The notes under the pieces were generated by a model. The model ran no database searches. It worked only from the letters and a program-made list of their open reading frames with translations, and was not told where the DNA came from. A stretch of 64,000 nt of DNA, from assembly GCA_902787365.1 (NCBI GenBank), contig CADAGC010000013.1, forward strand, positions 2,893 through 66,892. Reading direction: 5' to 3'. This DNA comes from an uncultured Ruminococcus sp. (lineage in GTDB: Bacteria; Bacillota; Clostridia; Oscillospirales; Ruminococcaceae). Within the stretch, counting starts at the first letter, position 1. Each line of letters begins with the position of its first letter. Position numbers and translations under genes: made by a program. This document shows positions 8,059 to 16,437 of this stretch, in pieces.

Positions 8059-9453
8059 ATGGAACAAACAAAAGAAAACAGGCTTTTCGGCAGCCGGAGC
8101 TTTTACGGCAAGGCGCTGGCGCTTGCTGTGCCTATAATGCTCCAACAGCTGATACAGAGCCTTGTTTCGCTGATAGACAACTTCATGGTGTCGGGGCTTG
8201 GCGATGTGTCGATGTCGGGGGTAAACGTGGCAGGTCAGGTGCTGTTCGTGTTCATGGTCTACCTAAACGCTATATGCATGGCAGGCGGCATATACATGAC
8301 CCAGTTTTTCGGCGCTAAGGACAAGGCGGGCATGGGGCAGGCATTTCGCTTCAAGCTGGCTATGGGGCTGGCGGCGTTTGTGCCCTATGTGCTTGTGTGC
8401 TTAGTGTTCCCAAGGCAGGTGCTGTCGCTTATGCTTATCGGCAACACGCAGGCTGACGCCATACTTGACGAGGGCGTAAAATACATACACATAATGTTTT
8501 TTATGGGGCTGCCTATGACGATATCAATGTGCATAGCAAGTTCGCTGCGAGACATGGGCAGAGTAAAAACGCCCCTTGCAGTGACTGTGGCGGCAACGGC
8601 TATAAACACGCTTTTTAACTGGCTGCTCATATACGGGCGGCTTGGCTTCCCAAGGCTGGAGGTAAAGGGTGCGGCAATCGCTACGGTGATAGCACGCTCG
8701 GTCGAGGTGATAATATTTATAATAGTCTACATAAAGACAAAGCCCGATTTTGCGGTAAGGCTCAGAGAACTTTTAGGGCTTGACAGGGCGCTGTTTAAGC
8801 GCATACTCAAAAAGGGCACATTGGTGCTTTTCTGCGAAATGGTATGGGTGCTGTCGGAAACGATAACCACCGCCATATACAACGGCAGGGGCGGCGCAGA
8901 CGTGGTTTCGGGCATGGCGTCAAGCTTTGCGATAGCTAACCTCTTCTTTGTGGCATTCGGCGGAATCTACTCGGCAACGGGCGTAGTTCTCGGCAAGACA
9001 TTGGGCGAGGGCGACCTTGAAAAGGCAAGGGCGCAGAAAACATGGCTGCTTTCCGGCTCGGCGGTGTTCGGGGTGCTGATGGCAGGCTTCGGCTTTGCGA
9101 CAACGCTCATCATACCGCTTGTATTCGGCAAGCTGAGCGACGGCGCTATCGAGATATGCCGTGACATGGTTATAATGATGTCATGCTTTATGCCGATATG
9201 GGTATACATGAACGCACAAATGGCAGTAGCCCGTGCAGGCGGCGACACGGCAATGGGCGCCATGACCGACTCGGTGATAACCATATTCATCATGCTGCCT
9301 ATGCTGTTTATCTTGGGCTTTGCGACAAACATCGGCCCTGTGGCGATGTATCTGGGCGTAAAGCTGCTTGACCTTGTGAAAGTCGTGGTATTCCACATAT
9401 GGCTCAAAAAAGAGAGGTGGCTCAAAAACCTTGCCGCCAAGGGCGCTTTGTAA
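8059..9453 (+). CDS. MATE family efflux transporter
   Basis: 12-TM profile, with the N-terminal LALAVPIMLQQLIQSLVSLIDNFMVSGLG motif typical of MATE. The ATG at 8059 follows the pfkB-family kinase gene stop. Confidence 0.8.
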   Translation: MEQTKENRLFGSRSFYGKALALAVPIMLQQLIQSLVSLIDNFMVSGLGDVSMSGVNVAGQVLFVFMVYLNAICMAGGIYMTQFFGAKDKAGMGQAFRFKLAMGLAAFVPYVLVCLVFPRQVLSLMLIGNTQADAILDEGVKYIHIMFFMGLPMTISMCIASSLRDMGRVKTPLAVTVAATAINTLFNWLLIYGRLGFPRLEVKGAAIATVIARSVEVIIFIIVYIKTKPDFAVRLRELLGLDRALFKRILKKGTLVLFCEMVWVLSETITTAIYNGRGGADVVSGMASSFAIANLFFVAFGGIYSATGVVLGKTLGEGDLEKARAQKTWLLSGSAVFGVLMAGFGFATTLIIPLVFGKLSDGAIEICRDMVIMMSCFMPIWVYMNAQMAVARAGGDTAMGAMTDSVITIFIMLPMLFILGFATNIGPVAMYLGVKLLDLVKVVVFHIWLKKERWLKNLAAKGAL

Positions 9454-9464
9454 ACGGAGGGAAT

Positions 9465-10160
9465 ATGAAAGACCTTTTAAAACTCGTCATATCATTTGTA
9501 TTTCTGATATGGTTTATAGCATCTATCATTTTTATGATACTCTCGGCAAAGACCGAGGGGCAGGGGTGGCTCGTTCCTGTGTCGCTGGGGCAGTTTTTGT
9601 TCGTGTTCGGCGCATTGGCGTTCTCTATCACCTTAAGCGAGAGAAAGAACGGCTGGTGGGCAGGGGCTTTGGGAATGTTCATTGGTGCATCTGCGGCGGT
9701 AACGGGCGCTGTCTATCACATCGGCAGCGACAGCCTTAAGGACACGCTCATAGCAATGATACCTGTTTTTGTGGGAATTGCTATGGCGATAGGCGGGCTT
9801 AGCGGGGTGCTGATAACAATGCGCACCCACAAAAAAGGCCTTGCACGCTACACCACCCGAATAGAGGGCAAGTGCATAGAGCTAAAGAAAAGGGCAGGCA
9901 AGAGCCACACCCTCTACAGCCCCGTATACGAGATAACCCTGAACAATGAAACCAAGAGGCTTGAAAATGACACATATTCGAGTATGGATATTCCGCAGGT
10001 AGGCGAGGTAAGGGAGCTTTTTATTGACGAAGCGGATTTAGAGGGCTACAGCGAGCCGAGGGTTGACAGCAAGAACAGAGCGTTTATGCTTATTATCTTC
10101 CGGGCGTTTCTTGTCGGCGGCGTTATAGTCTCGGCGGTGAGTATCAGCGGCTTATTGTAA
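9465..10160 (+). CDS. membrane protein, possible DUF3592-like
   Basis: GGAGGG SD then MKDLLKLVISFVFLIWF. Four to five TM helices, a soluble beta-rich segment (RIEGKCIELKKRAGKSHTLYSPVYEITLNN) and a final TM. The family name is a guess. Confidence 0.45.
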   Translation: MKDLLKLVISFVFLIWFIASIIFMILSAKTEGQGWLVPVSLGQFLFVFGALAFSITLSERKNGWWAGALGMFIGASAAVTGAVYHIGSDSLKDTLIAMIPVFVGIAMAIGGLSGVLITMRTHKKGLARYTTRIEGKCIELKKRAGKSHTLYSPVYEITLNNETKRLENDTYSSMDIPQVGEVRELFIDEADLEGYSEPRVDSKNRAFMLIIFRAFLVGGVIVSAVSISGLL

Positions 10161-10167
10161 AAAACTA

Positions 10168-10196
10168 TTGACAAGCTGACGATTGTATGATATAGT
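10168..10196 (+). promoter_or_regulatory. promoter for the riboswitch-CDF transcription unit
   Basis: TTGACA (10168-10173), 17 nt, TGaTATAGT (10188-10196). Confidence 0.6.
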
Positions 10197-10239
10197 ATTA
10201 CAAAGACCTTTCACCGCATTATAAAAGAATGCATATAAT

Positions 10240-10312
10240 ACAGTGAACAGACGGCAGCGAATGTGCTGCGCAGTCGGGCCTGACGGCAGCAGACAGACAT
10301 CTGCGGGACAGC
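10240..10312 (+). promoter_or_regulatory. candidate NiCo (czcD motif) riboswitch aptamer
   Basis: ACAGTGAA...GGCAGCgaatgtGCTGCGCAG...GGCAGCAGACAG...CTGCGGGACAGC. These blocks match my recollection of the czcD-motif consensus. It sits in the 5' leader of a CDF (CzcD-type) exporter, its classical context. Confidence 0.55.
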
Positions 10313-10345
10313 TTACCAAAAAACTGTTCCGTGGGTGTTTTTTTA
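10304..10345 (+). terminator. riboswitch expression-platform terminator candidate
   Basis: CGGGACAG (sharing the aptamer 3' strand) pairs with CTGTTCCG, followed by TGGGTGTTTTTTT. Confidence 0.5.
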
Positions 10346-10358
10346 TGGAGTTGATATT

Positions 10359-11270
10359 ATGGATAATACAGATATACAGATAAAAAAGCCTGACAGCGGG
10401 CAGGCTGTGGCTATGCGTGTATCGGTAGTGAGCATAGCGGTAAACCTTGCTTTGTCGGTCATAAAGCTGATAGCAGGCCTTGTGGCAAGGTCGGGGGCTA
10501 TGGTGTCTGACGCTGTTCACTCGGCATCTGATGTATTCAGCACGCTTGTGGTGATAGTAGGCGTAAGGCTTGCAGGCAAGCAGCCCGACAAGGAGCACCC
10601 CTACGGCCACGAGCGAATGGAGTGCGTGGCGTCTGTTATCCTTGCGGTGGTGCTGGCGGCAACGGGCGCAGGCATCGGCATGAGCGGCATTGAAAAGATA
10701 GCCTCGCCCGACAAGTACGACCTCGCCGTGCCGGGAGTGCTGGCACTCATAGCGGCGGTCGTGTCGGTGATAGTCAAGGAAGCGATGTTCCACTACACCA
10801 GGCGGGCAGCAAGGCAGATAAACTCTGGCGCTCTTATGGCTGATGCGTGGCATCACAGGTCTGATGCATTATCGTCAGTCGGCTCGTTTGCGGGCATACT
10901 GGGCGCAAGAATGGGCTTTCCTATCCTTGACCCTTTAGCAAGCGTTATAATCTGCGTATTTATCGAAAAAGCGGCAGTCGAGATTTTTATGGACGCTGTG
11001 AACAAGATGATAGACAAAGCCTGCCCCGAGGAGACTGTCGAGCAGATGAGAGAGGTCATTCTCGGCACAGAGGGCGTGCTTGGGATAGACGAGTTGAAGA
11101 CACGACTTTTCGGCTCGAAGATATACGTCGAGGTAGAGATTCTCATGGACGCCGCCAAGACCCTCGTTGAAGCCCACGACACCGCCGAGGCCGTCCACGA
11201 CGCCATTGAGGGGGCTTTCCCAGATGTGAAGCATTGTATGGTACACGTAAACCCAAATATCAAGGCATAA
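10359..11270 (+). CDS. cation diffusion facilitator family transporter
   Basis: HSASDVFSTLVVIVGVRLAGKQPDKEHPYGHERMECVA and DAWHHRSDALSS metal-site motifs, plus a C-terminal cytoplasmic dimerisation domain. GGAG SD 8 nt before ATG 10359. Confidence 0.85.
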   Translation: MDNTDIQIKKPDSGQAVAMRVSVVSIAVNLALSVIKLIAGLVARSGAMVSDAVHSASDVFSTLVVIVGVRLAGKQPDKEHPYGHERMECVASVILAVVLAATGAGIGMSGIEKIASPDKYDLAVPGVLALIAAVVSVIVKEAMFHYTRRAARQINSGALMADAWHHRSDALSSVGSFAGILGARMGFPILDPLASVIICVFIEKAAVEIFMDAVNKMIDKACPEETVEQMREVILGTEGVLGIDELKTRLFGSKIYVEVEILMDAAKTLVEAHDTAEAVHDAIEGAFPDVKHCMVHVNPNIKA

Positions 11271-11452
11271 TTCATAATGCATAATGCATAATGCATAATT
11301 GAGGTATGCGGCTTCGCCGCATGAATTTAAAAAGTTCACCCCGAGAGATTATCCCTCGGGGTGCTTTGTCGTTACGGCGCAGCCGTTTTATAATCCGTCC
11401 TGCGCAGCAGGACACATTAATTATGCATTATGAATTATGCATTATGCATTAT
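11265..11452. repeat. mosaic hairpin element, copy C (most complete; inverted octamer ends)
   Basis: Left end gcataattcataatgcataatgcataatgcataatt (11265-11300). Right end attaattatgcattatgaattatgcattatgcattat (11416-11452) is its inverted counterpart. Internal hairpins at 11307-11321, 11337-11363, ~11372-11387 and 11397-11413. Confidence 0.9.
11337..11363. terminator. hairpin CACCCCGAG...CTCGGGGTG, likely terminator for the minus-strand pmbA-tldD unit
   Basis: 9-bp GC-rich stem. On the minus strand it is followed by AACTTTTTAAATTC. Confidence 0.5.
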
Positions 11453-12660
11453 TTACTGTACTGCATTCTCATAAGTATCTGCTTATCGTTGAACACGGGG
11501 TCATCGGAGCCGACGCCGATGAAGTCTTTTCCGAACATATCATACATACTGCCCTTGAATGTAAACTCGGGGAGCCTGCCTATGAAGCGCTCTCCGTCGC
11601 AGAGCATAGCGGTCTGCACGGGGGTTACATACTCGCCCTTGTCGTTGAAGCCGCCGCCTGCGGCAACTATCGGCACGACAGTCAGCCTGCCGTCAAGCAG
11701 CTCCTTTACCGTCTTGTCGCTGCGCTGAATGCGGAAATTGGTATAGCCGTTGTAGGGCACATCTTTCATATTAAGCCCTGCACTTCCCGTGTGGGGGGCG
11801 CCGTATTTGTCGGCGGTGTGCTTGTCGGCATAGCCCGAGAGAATGACGCCGTTTTGTATGTAGATATGTCTGTCGCCCTCGCAGGTCACGCCCTCGCCGT
11901 CAAAGAACGGGGCAAACCATGTTTCCTTATCCGTCACATCATGCGATAGGGTGAAGCTGTCGGCAAAGACTTTCTGCCCTATCTTGTCCTTTAAAAGCGA
12001 GGTGCCCAGGGCGATATTCTCGGCGTCGAGCGACTCATTAAGCTTGCTTAAGCACCAGTAATACTGGGTCTGTATTATAAGCTCTTCGGGCAGGTCTACC
12101 GTATTGGTGAAGTTAGTCAGATAGTTATCCGCCATATCGGTGAATTTCTTCATCTGAAAATCTCTCTGCCCGATACTGAACCAGCCGTCTGAGATATCCT
12201 TGCTGTCCTTGTGCTTGAACTCTATATCGACACTCAGCACCGTGTCGGTGTTTGAAACATCAAGGCCGCAGGTGTTTGTCATGGCCCTGACCGAGCAGTT
12301 GGCGTTCACCGAGCCGCTGAATATAAAATCGGGGAAGTGTGTCTTAAGATAGTCAAGCGCTTCACGGGCTATTTCCATAAGTTCCTTGTCGGTGTAGCAC
12401 CTCTCTGTCTTGTCACGGTGGCGTGTGCCTGTCTCTAAGGTGAATTTGTAGGGGCGCTTAAGTGCAAGGTTATCCTGCGCCTTTTTGTAGCCCTCTTCGT
12501 CATCTATGCTGCCCTGAACATACTGTATGCCCGCATACTCGCCGTCATACACACGGTATGAGCGGTCTGTGCGGCTGTCTTTATTGAAAGCCTTTATCTT
12601 TGTTTCTTCTATCTGCACCTCACTGTAGTCATATTTCGAGGTGATAAGTTCTCTTTCCAT
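11449..12660 (-). CDS. TldD/PmbA family protein (PmbA/TldE-like partner)
   Basis: Size, position next to tldD, and a C-terminal GGGFN / GxxxxxV pattern of the PmbA_TldD fold. Lacks HExxxH. Confidence 0.7.
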   Translation of the reverse strand: MERELITSKYDYSEVQIEETKIKAFNKDSRTDRSYRVYDGEYAGIQYVQGSIDDEEGYKKAQDNLALKRPYKFTLETGTRHRDKTERCYTDKELMEIAREALDYLKTHFPDFIFSGSVNANCSVRAMTNTCGLDVSNTDTVLSVDIEFKHKDSKDISDGWFSIGQRDFQMKKFTDMADNYLTNFTNTVDLPEELIIQTQYYWCLSKLNESLDAENIALGTSLLKDKIGQKVFADSFTLSHDVTDKETWFAPFFDGEGVTCEGDRHIYIQNGVILSGYADKHTADKYGAPHTGSAGLNMKDVPYNGYTNFRIQRSDKTVKELLDGRLTVVPIVAAGGGFNDKGEYVTPVQTAMLCDGERFIGRLPEFTFKGSMYDMFGKDFIGVGSDDPVFNDKQILMRMQYSK

Positions 12661-12674
12661 ATTTCTCCCCCCCC

Positions 12675-14012
12675 TTAGTTGATAGTCAGCGACCTTACAC
12701 GTATTGTCGGCCCTGCGTCTGATACGGGCATCGCCTGGCCGTTCTTGCCGCAGGTTGAGGTGTCGCAGAATTCAAGGTCATTACCCACAGCGTCGATATC
12801 AAAGAGCGTTTTGAATACGCTGCCTGTTACCACGTTTACTCTCAGCGGCTCGGCAAGCTTGCCGTCACGTATGCGGTAGCAGCAGTTGGGCTGCATGGTG
12901 AATGTGCCCTGACCTGTGCCGTAGTTGACGTTGTAGACGTAAATGCCGTCCTTAACGCCTGCGATTATCTCCTCAGGCGGGGTGTCGCCTGCCTGCATAT
13001 ATGTATTGGTCATACGCACCATAGGCGCAAAGCCGAAATCCTGCGCACGGGCGTTGCCTGTCAGCTCTTCGTTAAGGGTGGCCGCAGAGTTTGCATCATG
13101 CAGCCTGCCTGTGAGCACGCCGTTTTTTATCAGCCATGTTTCCTTGGGGGCTGTGCCCTCGTCGTCGTAGGCTATATAGCCACGGTGGAGCATATCGCCG
13201 CTGTCGCAGATAGACACAAGCTCGCTGCCCACCTTTTTGCCCATTACCCACTCGTCCTGCAAGGTCTTGTCATTGAGCATAAAATCTGCCTCGCTCTTGT
13301 GCCCGAAGCTTTCGTGGGTGAACATTCCCGTAACTGCGGGGGAGAGCACGCACACATAGTCGCCGGGGGTGACGTCAACGGCATTTCTTGCAAAGTCAAG
13401 ATAGCGCTCACGTCTGCTTATTACATCCTGCTCGTGGCCGAAAAGCTTGTCAAAATCCATACCTCTGAAATGCCTGCCGCCAGAGGTCTTTATGCCGTCT
13501 ATCACGAAATCATACCATATCCAAAGGCCGCATTGCTGATAGTCCTGCACGATCTCAGCACCCTTGCTCGAATAGAATTCCTTGATAACGTGAGCCTGCG
13601 AATAGCCGCCGTACCATTGTTTCATTTCTTCTATGCTCTCATCGATGCAGGCGTCGATATAGCCCTGCAGAAGCGCTTCACGCTGTGGGCGGGTTATCTT
13701 TCTTACGTCGTTTAAGCCGCTGAATCTTAGAACCTTGTCCTTATGCACCTCGTATTTTCTGACCATAGGGTCATTTTCAATATCGGGGTCGGGCGTGGCA
13801 AGGGCGGCAAGCCCGTCAAGCTCTGCTTGTATCTTGCCGGTGTCATTGGTGACGCTCGTATACCACATACTGCCGTCGTAGACCCTTATCATAGCGCCCT
13901 TGACAAAGCTCTCGCTGTTTTCCTTGACCTCGCCGTTTTGCACGGTATAAACGGCATTAGCCGTCTGCTCTATGCGAATATCGGCATACAGTCCTGCGGG
14001 AAATCTATACAT
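12675..14012 (-). CDS. tldD: TldD-type metalloprotease
   Basis: HESFGHKSEAD (HExxxH zinc motif in the TldD position); ~445 aa; GAGGA SD. Confidence 0.8.
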   Translation of the reverse strand: MYRFPAGLYADIRIEQTANAVYTVQNGEVKENSESFVKGAMIRVYDGSMWYTSVTNDTGKIQAELDGLAALATPDPDIENDPMVRKYEVHKDKVLRFSGLNDVRKITRPQREALLQGYIDACIDESIEEMKQWYGGYSQAHVIKEFYSSKGAEIVQDYQQCGLWIWYDFVIDGIKTSGGRHFRGMDFDKLFGHEQDVISRRERYLDFARNAVDVTPGDYVCVLSPAVTGMFTHESFGHKSEADFMLNDKTLQDEWVMGKKVGSELVSICDSGDMLHRGYIAYDDEGTAPKETWLIKNGVLTGRLHDANSAATLNEELTGNARAQDFGFAPMVRMTNTYMQAGDTPPEEIIAGVKDGIYVYNVNYGTGQGTFTMQPNCCYRIRDGKLAEPLRVNVVTGSVFKTLFDIDAVGNDLEFCDTSTCGKNGQAMPVSDAGPTIRVRSLTIN

Positions 14013-14085
14013 AACTTTAATCCTCGCTTTCAGATATTTTAAAATAATTATAGCATATTAAAAAAATCAAGTCAAGAAAAACCTC

Positions 14086-14113
14086 TTGAAAAACTCATAA
14101 GATATGCTATAAT
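14086..14113 (+). promoter_or_regulatory. promoter for the PPTase gene (very short leader)
   Basis: TTGAAA (14086-14091), 16 nt, TGcTATAAT (14105-14113). The first in-frame ATGs are at 14124 and 14130. Confidence 0.55.
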
Positions 14114-14129
14114 AGTATTGGTGATGAAA

Positions 14130-14747
14130 ATGCATATCTACATATTTGATAAGCCCGAATTGGTGACGGACGAAGAATATAAAAAAATGCTCGCTCTGCT
14201 GCCCGAGGAGCGGCGGCAAAAGGCACAGAGATACAGAAATCTAAGCGACGGCGTGCTGTGTGCGGCCTGCTATCTGCTGTTGAGCTTCGGGCTTAGAACC
14301 GACTACGGCATTGACAGCTTTGAGCTGTTGATAGGCGACAACGGCAAGCCCTACCTTGCAGGGGGAGAGGTGTTTTTCAGCTTCAGCCATTGTAAAAACG
14401 GCTGCGCCTGCCTTATATCATACAGCGAGGCAGGGGTTGACATTCAGCACCCCGTAAGGCTGAGAGAGAGCGTGCTAAAGCGTGTTTGCAGCGAGAGCGA
14501 GCGTGCGCTGATAGCCGCATCAGATGACAGCGAGCTGACCTTTCGTGGCATATGGTGCCAAAAGGAAGCATACCTTAAAATGCTCGGCGTGGGCATAGCA
14601 ACGGATATGAAAAAAGCCGACACCACCGCCAAGGGTTTCCCCGTATGGCACAAAGACTCCGAGCGCTATTCCCTTGCAGCGTGCGATATGGCAGGCAAAA
14701 GTGAGCCGAAGATTAGCTTTGTGGGGCTTGGTGAGATGATTATGTGA
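14130..14747 (+). CDS. 4'-phosphopantetheinyl transferase, Sfp type
   Basis: GKPYL...FSFSHCKNGCACLISYSEAGVDIQ and WCQKEAYLKMLGVG motifs. Start could be 14124. Confidence 0.8.
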   Translation: MHIYIFDKPELVTDEEYKKMLALLPEERRQKAQRYRNLSDGVLCAACYLLLSFGLRTDYGIDSFELLIGDNGKPYLAGGEVFFSFSHCKNGCACLISYSEAGVDIQHPVRLRESVLKRVCSESERALIAASDDSELTFRGIWCQKEAYLKMLGVGIATDMKKADTTAKGFPVWHKDSERYSLAACDMAGKSEPKISFVGLGEMIM

Positions 14748-14768
14748 TAGGGATAATGGGATAAAAAT

Positions 14769-14794
14769 AAGGAGCTGAGTAAAACCAGCTCCTT
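14769..14794. terminator. bidirectional terminator hairpin
   Basis: AAGGAGCTG-agtaaaac-CAGCTCCTT, with A-run upstream and T-run downstream. Lies between convergent genes. Confidence 0.7.
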
Positions 14795-14811
14795 ATCATT
14801 TTAATTAAGTA

Positions 14812-15309
14812 TCAGATCTTCATATTTGTAGTAGGCTTGATGGTGTTCGAGCGCTTGATGCCCTCGTTCTGAAGTTCAAGGTCTTGATTCTTGACTCTTT
14901 TATCAGGAGCATACTGTGCCTTGGCACCCTGCTTTACCATGAATTTATCCATAAGCTTTGCAGGGGCTTTCTCATCGCCGAGGAAAGCTACTATGCTGTC
15001 CTTGTCGATCTTGCCTACGCTCTTGATAAAGTTCGGGCTCTTTGCCAGATCCTTTACTGACTTGACGTAATCTTCATTGGTTATGGGGTCTTTCTGCCCT
15101 GTTACAGCAGACTTTGTCTGAACTGCAAGTGCAGCCATACACTCTCTTACAAGTGTTACATCATCAGGGTCAAGCTCGCCCTTTTCTTTAGCTATTGAAT
15201 TGAGCGTGTCAAGAGCTCTGAGGGCTGTCTGTGCAGCCTGTACCTTTGTGCTTGCGGGCAGGTTGCCGTTGTTGAGAACAGCGTCCTTGTTGGGGTCTTT
15301 CGTTAACAA
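14812..15309 (-). CDS. hypothetical protein, C-terminal fragment of a disrupted ~900-aa gene
   Basis: ORF overlaps the 3' tail of ORF 15209..16342 in another frame. The sensible sequence continues ...EQLKTNF / LTKDPNKDAVLNNG. Confidence 0.6.
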   Translation of the reverse strand: MLTKDPNKDAVLNNGNLPASTKVQAAQTALRALDTLNSIAKEKGELDPDDVTLVRECMAALAVQTKSAVTGQKDPITNEDYVKSVKDLAKSPNFIKSVGKIDKDSIVAFLGDEKAPAKLMDKFMVKQGAKAQYAPDKRVKNQDLELQNEGIKRSNTIKPTTNMKI

Positions 15310-16342
15310 AGTTGGTCTTCAGCTGCTCTGTCTGCTTCTCCAGTTCGGCCTGAGCCTTTTTCTCCATATAGCCGCCCATTATACTTTCAAAGTATTTGCC
15401 AGTGTTTTCTGTGCCTGCCATACGGATAGTGTCGCTTGATATTTTACCGAGAGCATTCTGTGCAGCCTGAGCAAACAGCGGATCGGCAGCAAGCTCATTT
15501 ATCTGCCTGTCATACTCTTCCTTGGTCATATTATGACTTGAATAGCTCTTTGTATTGAAAACTGTTGCCTTTGCAAAGGCTGTAAGGGCTTCTTTCATCT
15601 GCTGCTCGTTAAAGTCGCCTTTAACGCCTGCAAGCTCTGCGAACTTGCTGTAGCCCTCTGCTGCGCCGATCCTTACTGTTTCGGGAACGCCGTTGACTTT
15701 TGTCTGCCTGATCATATCGGCATAATTGCTCATCTCGTCCTTGTCCTGACTGAGAATTTCTTGCTTTTCAGCTTCCCAGAGCCTGTGGTCAAGCTCGGCT
15801 ATGTTGTCGTCCATTCTCATGCACATATCGGAAACGTCTTTGAGTGAGTGCTTCATGGCCTTTAAGCGCTTTTCGCCCTTGGCATCGAGCTTGTGGTTTT
15901 TCTTGCCTGCTTTTTCCTTTTCCTTGCGGTCAACGTATTTCTGTATCTTTTCCTGAGTCTGTCTTATCTTTTCACGAAGCTGCTCGGTTCTCTCTCTGTC
16001 AGCTTCTTTGAGTGCTTCGTTGTCGATAGATCTCTTGTATTCCTTTGCAGCGATCGTCAGCTCACGCATAGCGTCAAGGGCTTTGTTGTAGTCATCGCCG
16101 CCGCCGTGAACGCCTCTCTGTGCTTCTATTGCTTCCTGGATATCTTCGTCAAGGCTCATAGCGTCCTTGCCGAGCATAGTGTTTAATTCTGCGATATCCA
16201 AGCGCTCTTTGCTGTAGCCTCTGTCGGCAATTGCCTTGTTGATGTAAGCAAGCTCTTTCTCGGCCGCAGCTTTCTTTTTAGTTATATTGCCCGAGCCTAT
16301 ATACTTTGAATCTTGTGAAAGATCATAAAGATCGTCTTCCAT
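15209..16342 (-). CDS. hypothetical protein, central fragment of the disrupted gene
   Basis: Helical, charged sequence. Its frame is open upstream of the tracked ATG to 16477 (ETLKLANEYREELRKFPEFHQYRKF...). The last ~30 codons look like out-of-frame read-through. Confidence 0.6.
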   Translation of the reverse strand: MEDDLYDLSQDSKYIGSGNITKKKAAAEKELAYINKAIADRGYSKERLDIAELNTMLGKDAMSLDEDIQEAIEAQRGVHGGGDDYNKALDAMRELTIAAKEYKRSIDNEALKEADRERTEQLREKIRQTQEKIQKYVDRKEKEKAGKKNHKLDAKGEKRLKAMKHSLKDVSDMCMRMDDNIAELDHRLWEAEKQEILSQDKDEMSNYADMIRQTKVNGVPETVRIGAAEGYSKFAELAGVKGDFNEQQMKEALTAFAKATVFNTKSYSSHNMTKEEYDRQINELAADPLFAQAAQNALGKISSDTIRMAGTENTGKYFESIMGGYMEKKAQAELEKQTEQLKTNFVNERPQQGRCSQQRQPARKHKGTGCTDSPQSS

Positions 16343-16437
16343 ATCTTCTTCAAGATTATCAAGTGTTTCGTGAATGCCCTCGTAGAGAGTGTTTATAGTG
16401 CCGAATTTTCTGTACTGGTGAAATTCGGGGAATTTTC

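Noticed and set aside
10152-10856. 234-aa minus-strand ORF overlapping the riboswitch leader and the CDF gene
   Set aside because: It is antisense to a well-supported CDF transporter, and the translation is Arg/His/Cys/Tyr-rich junk.
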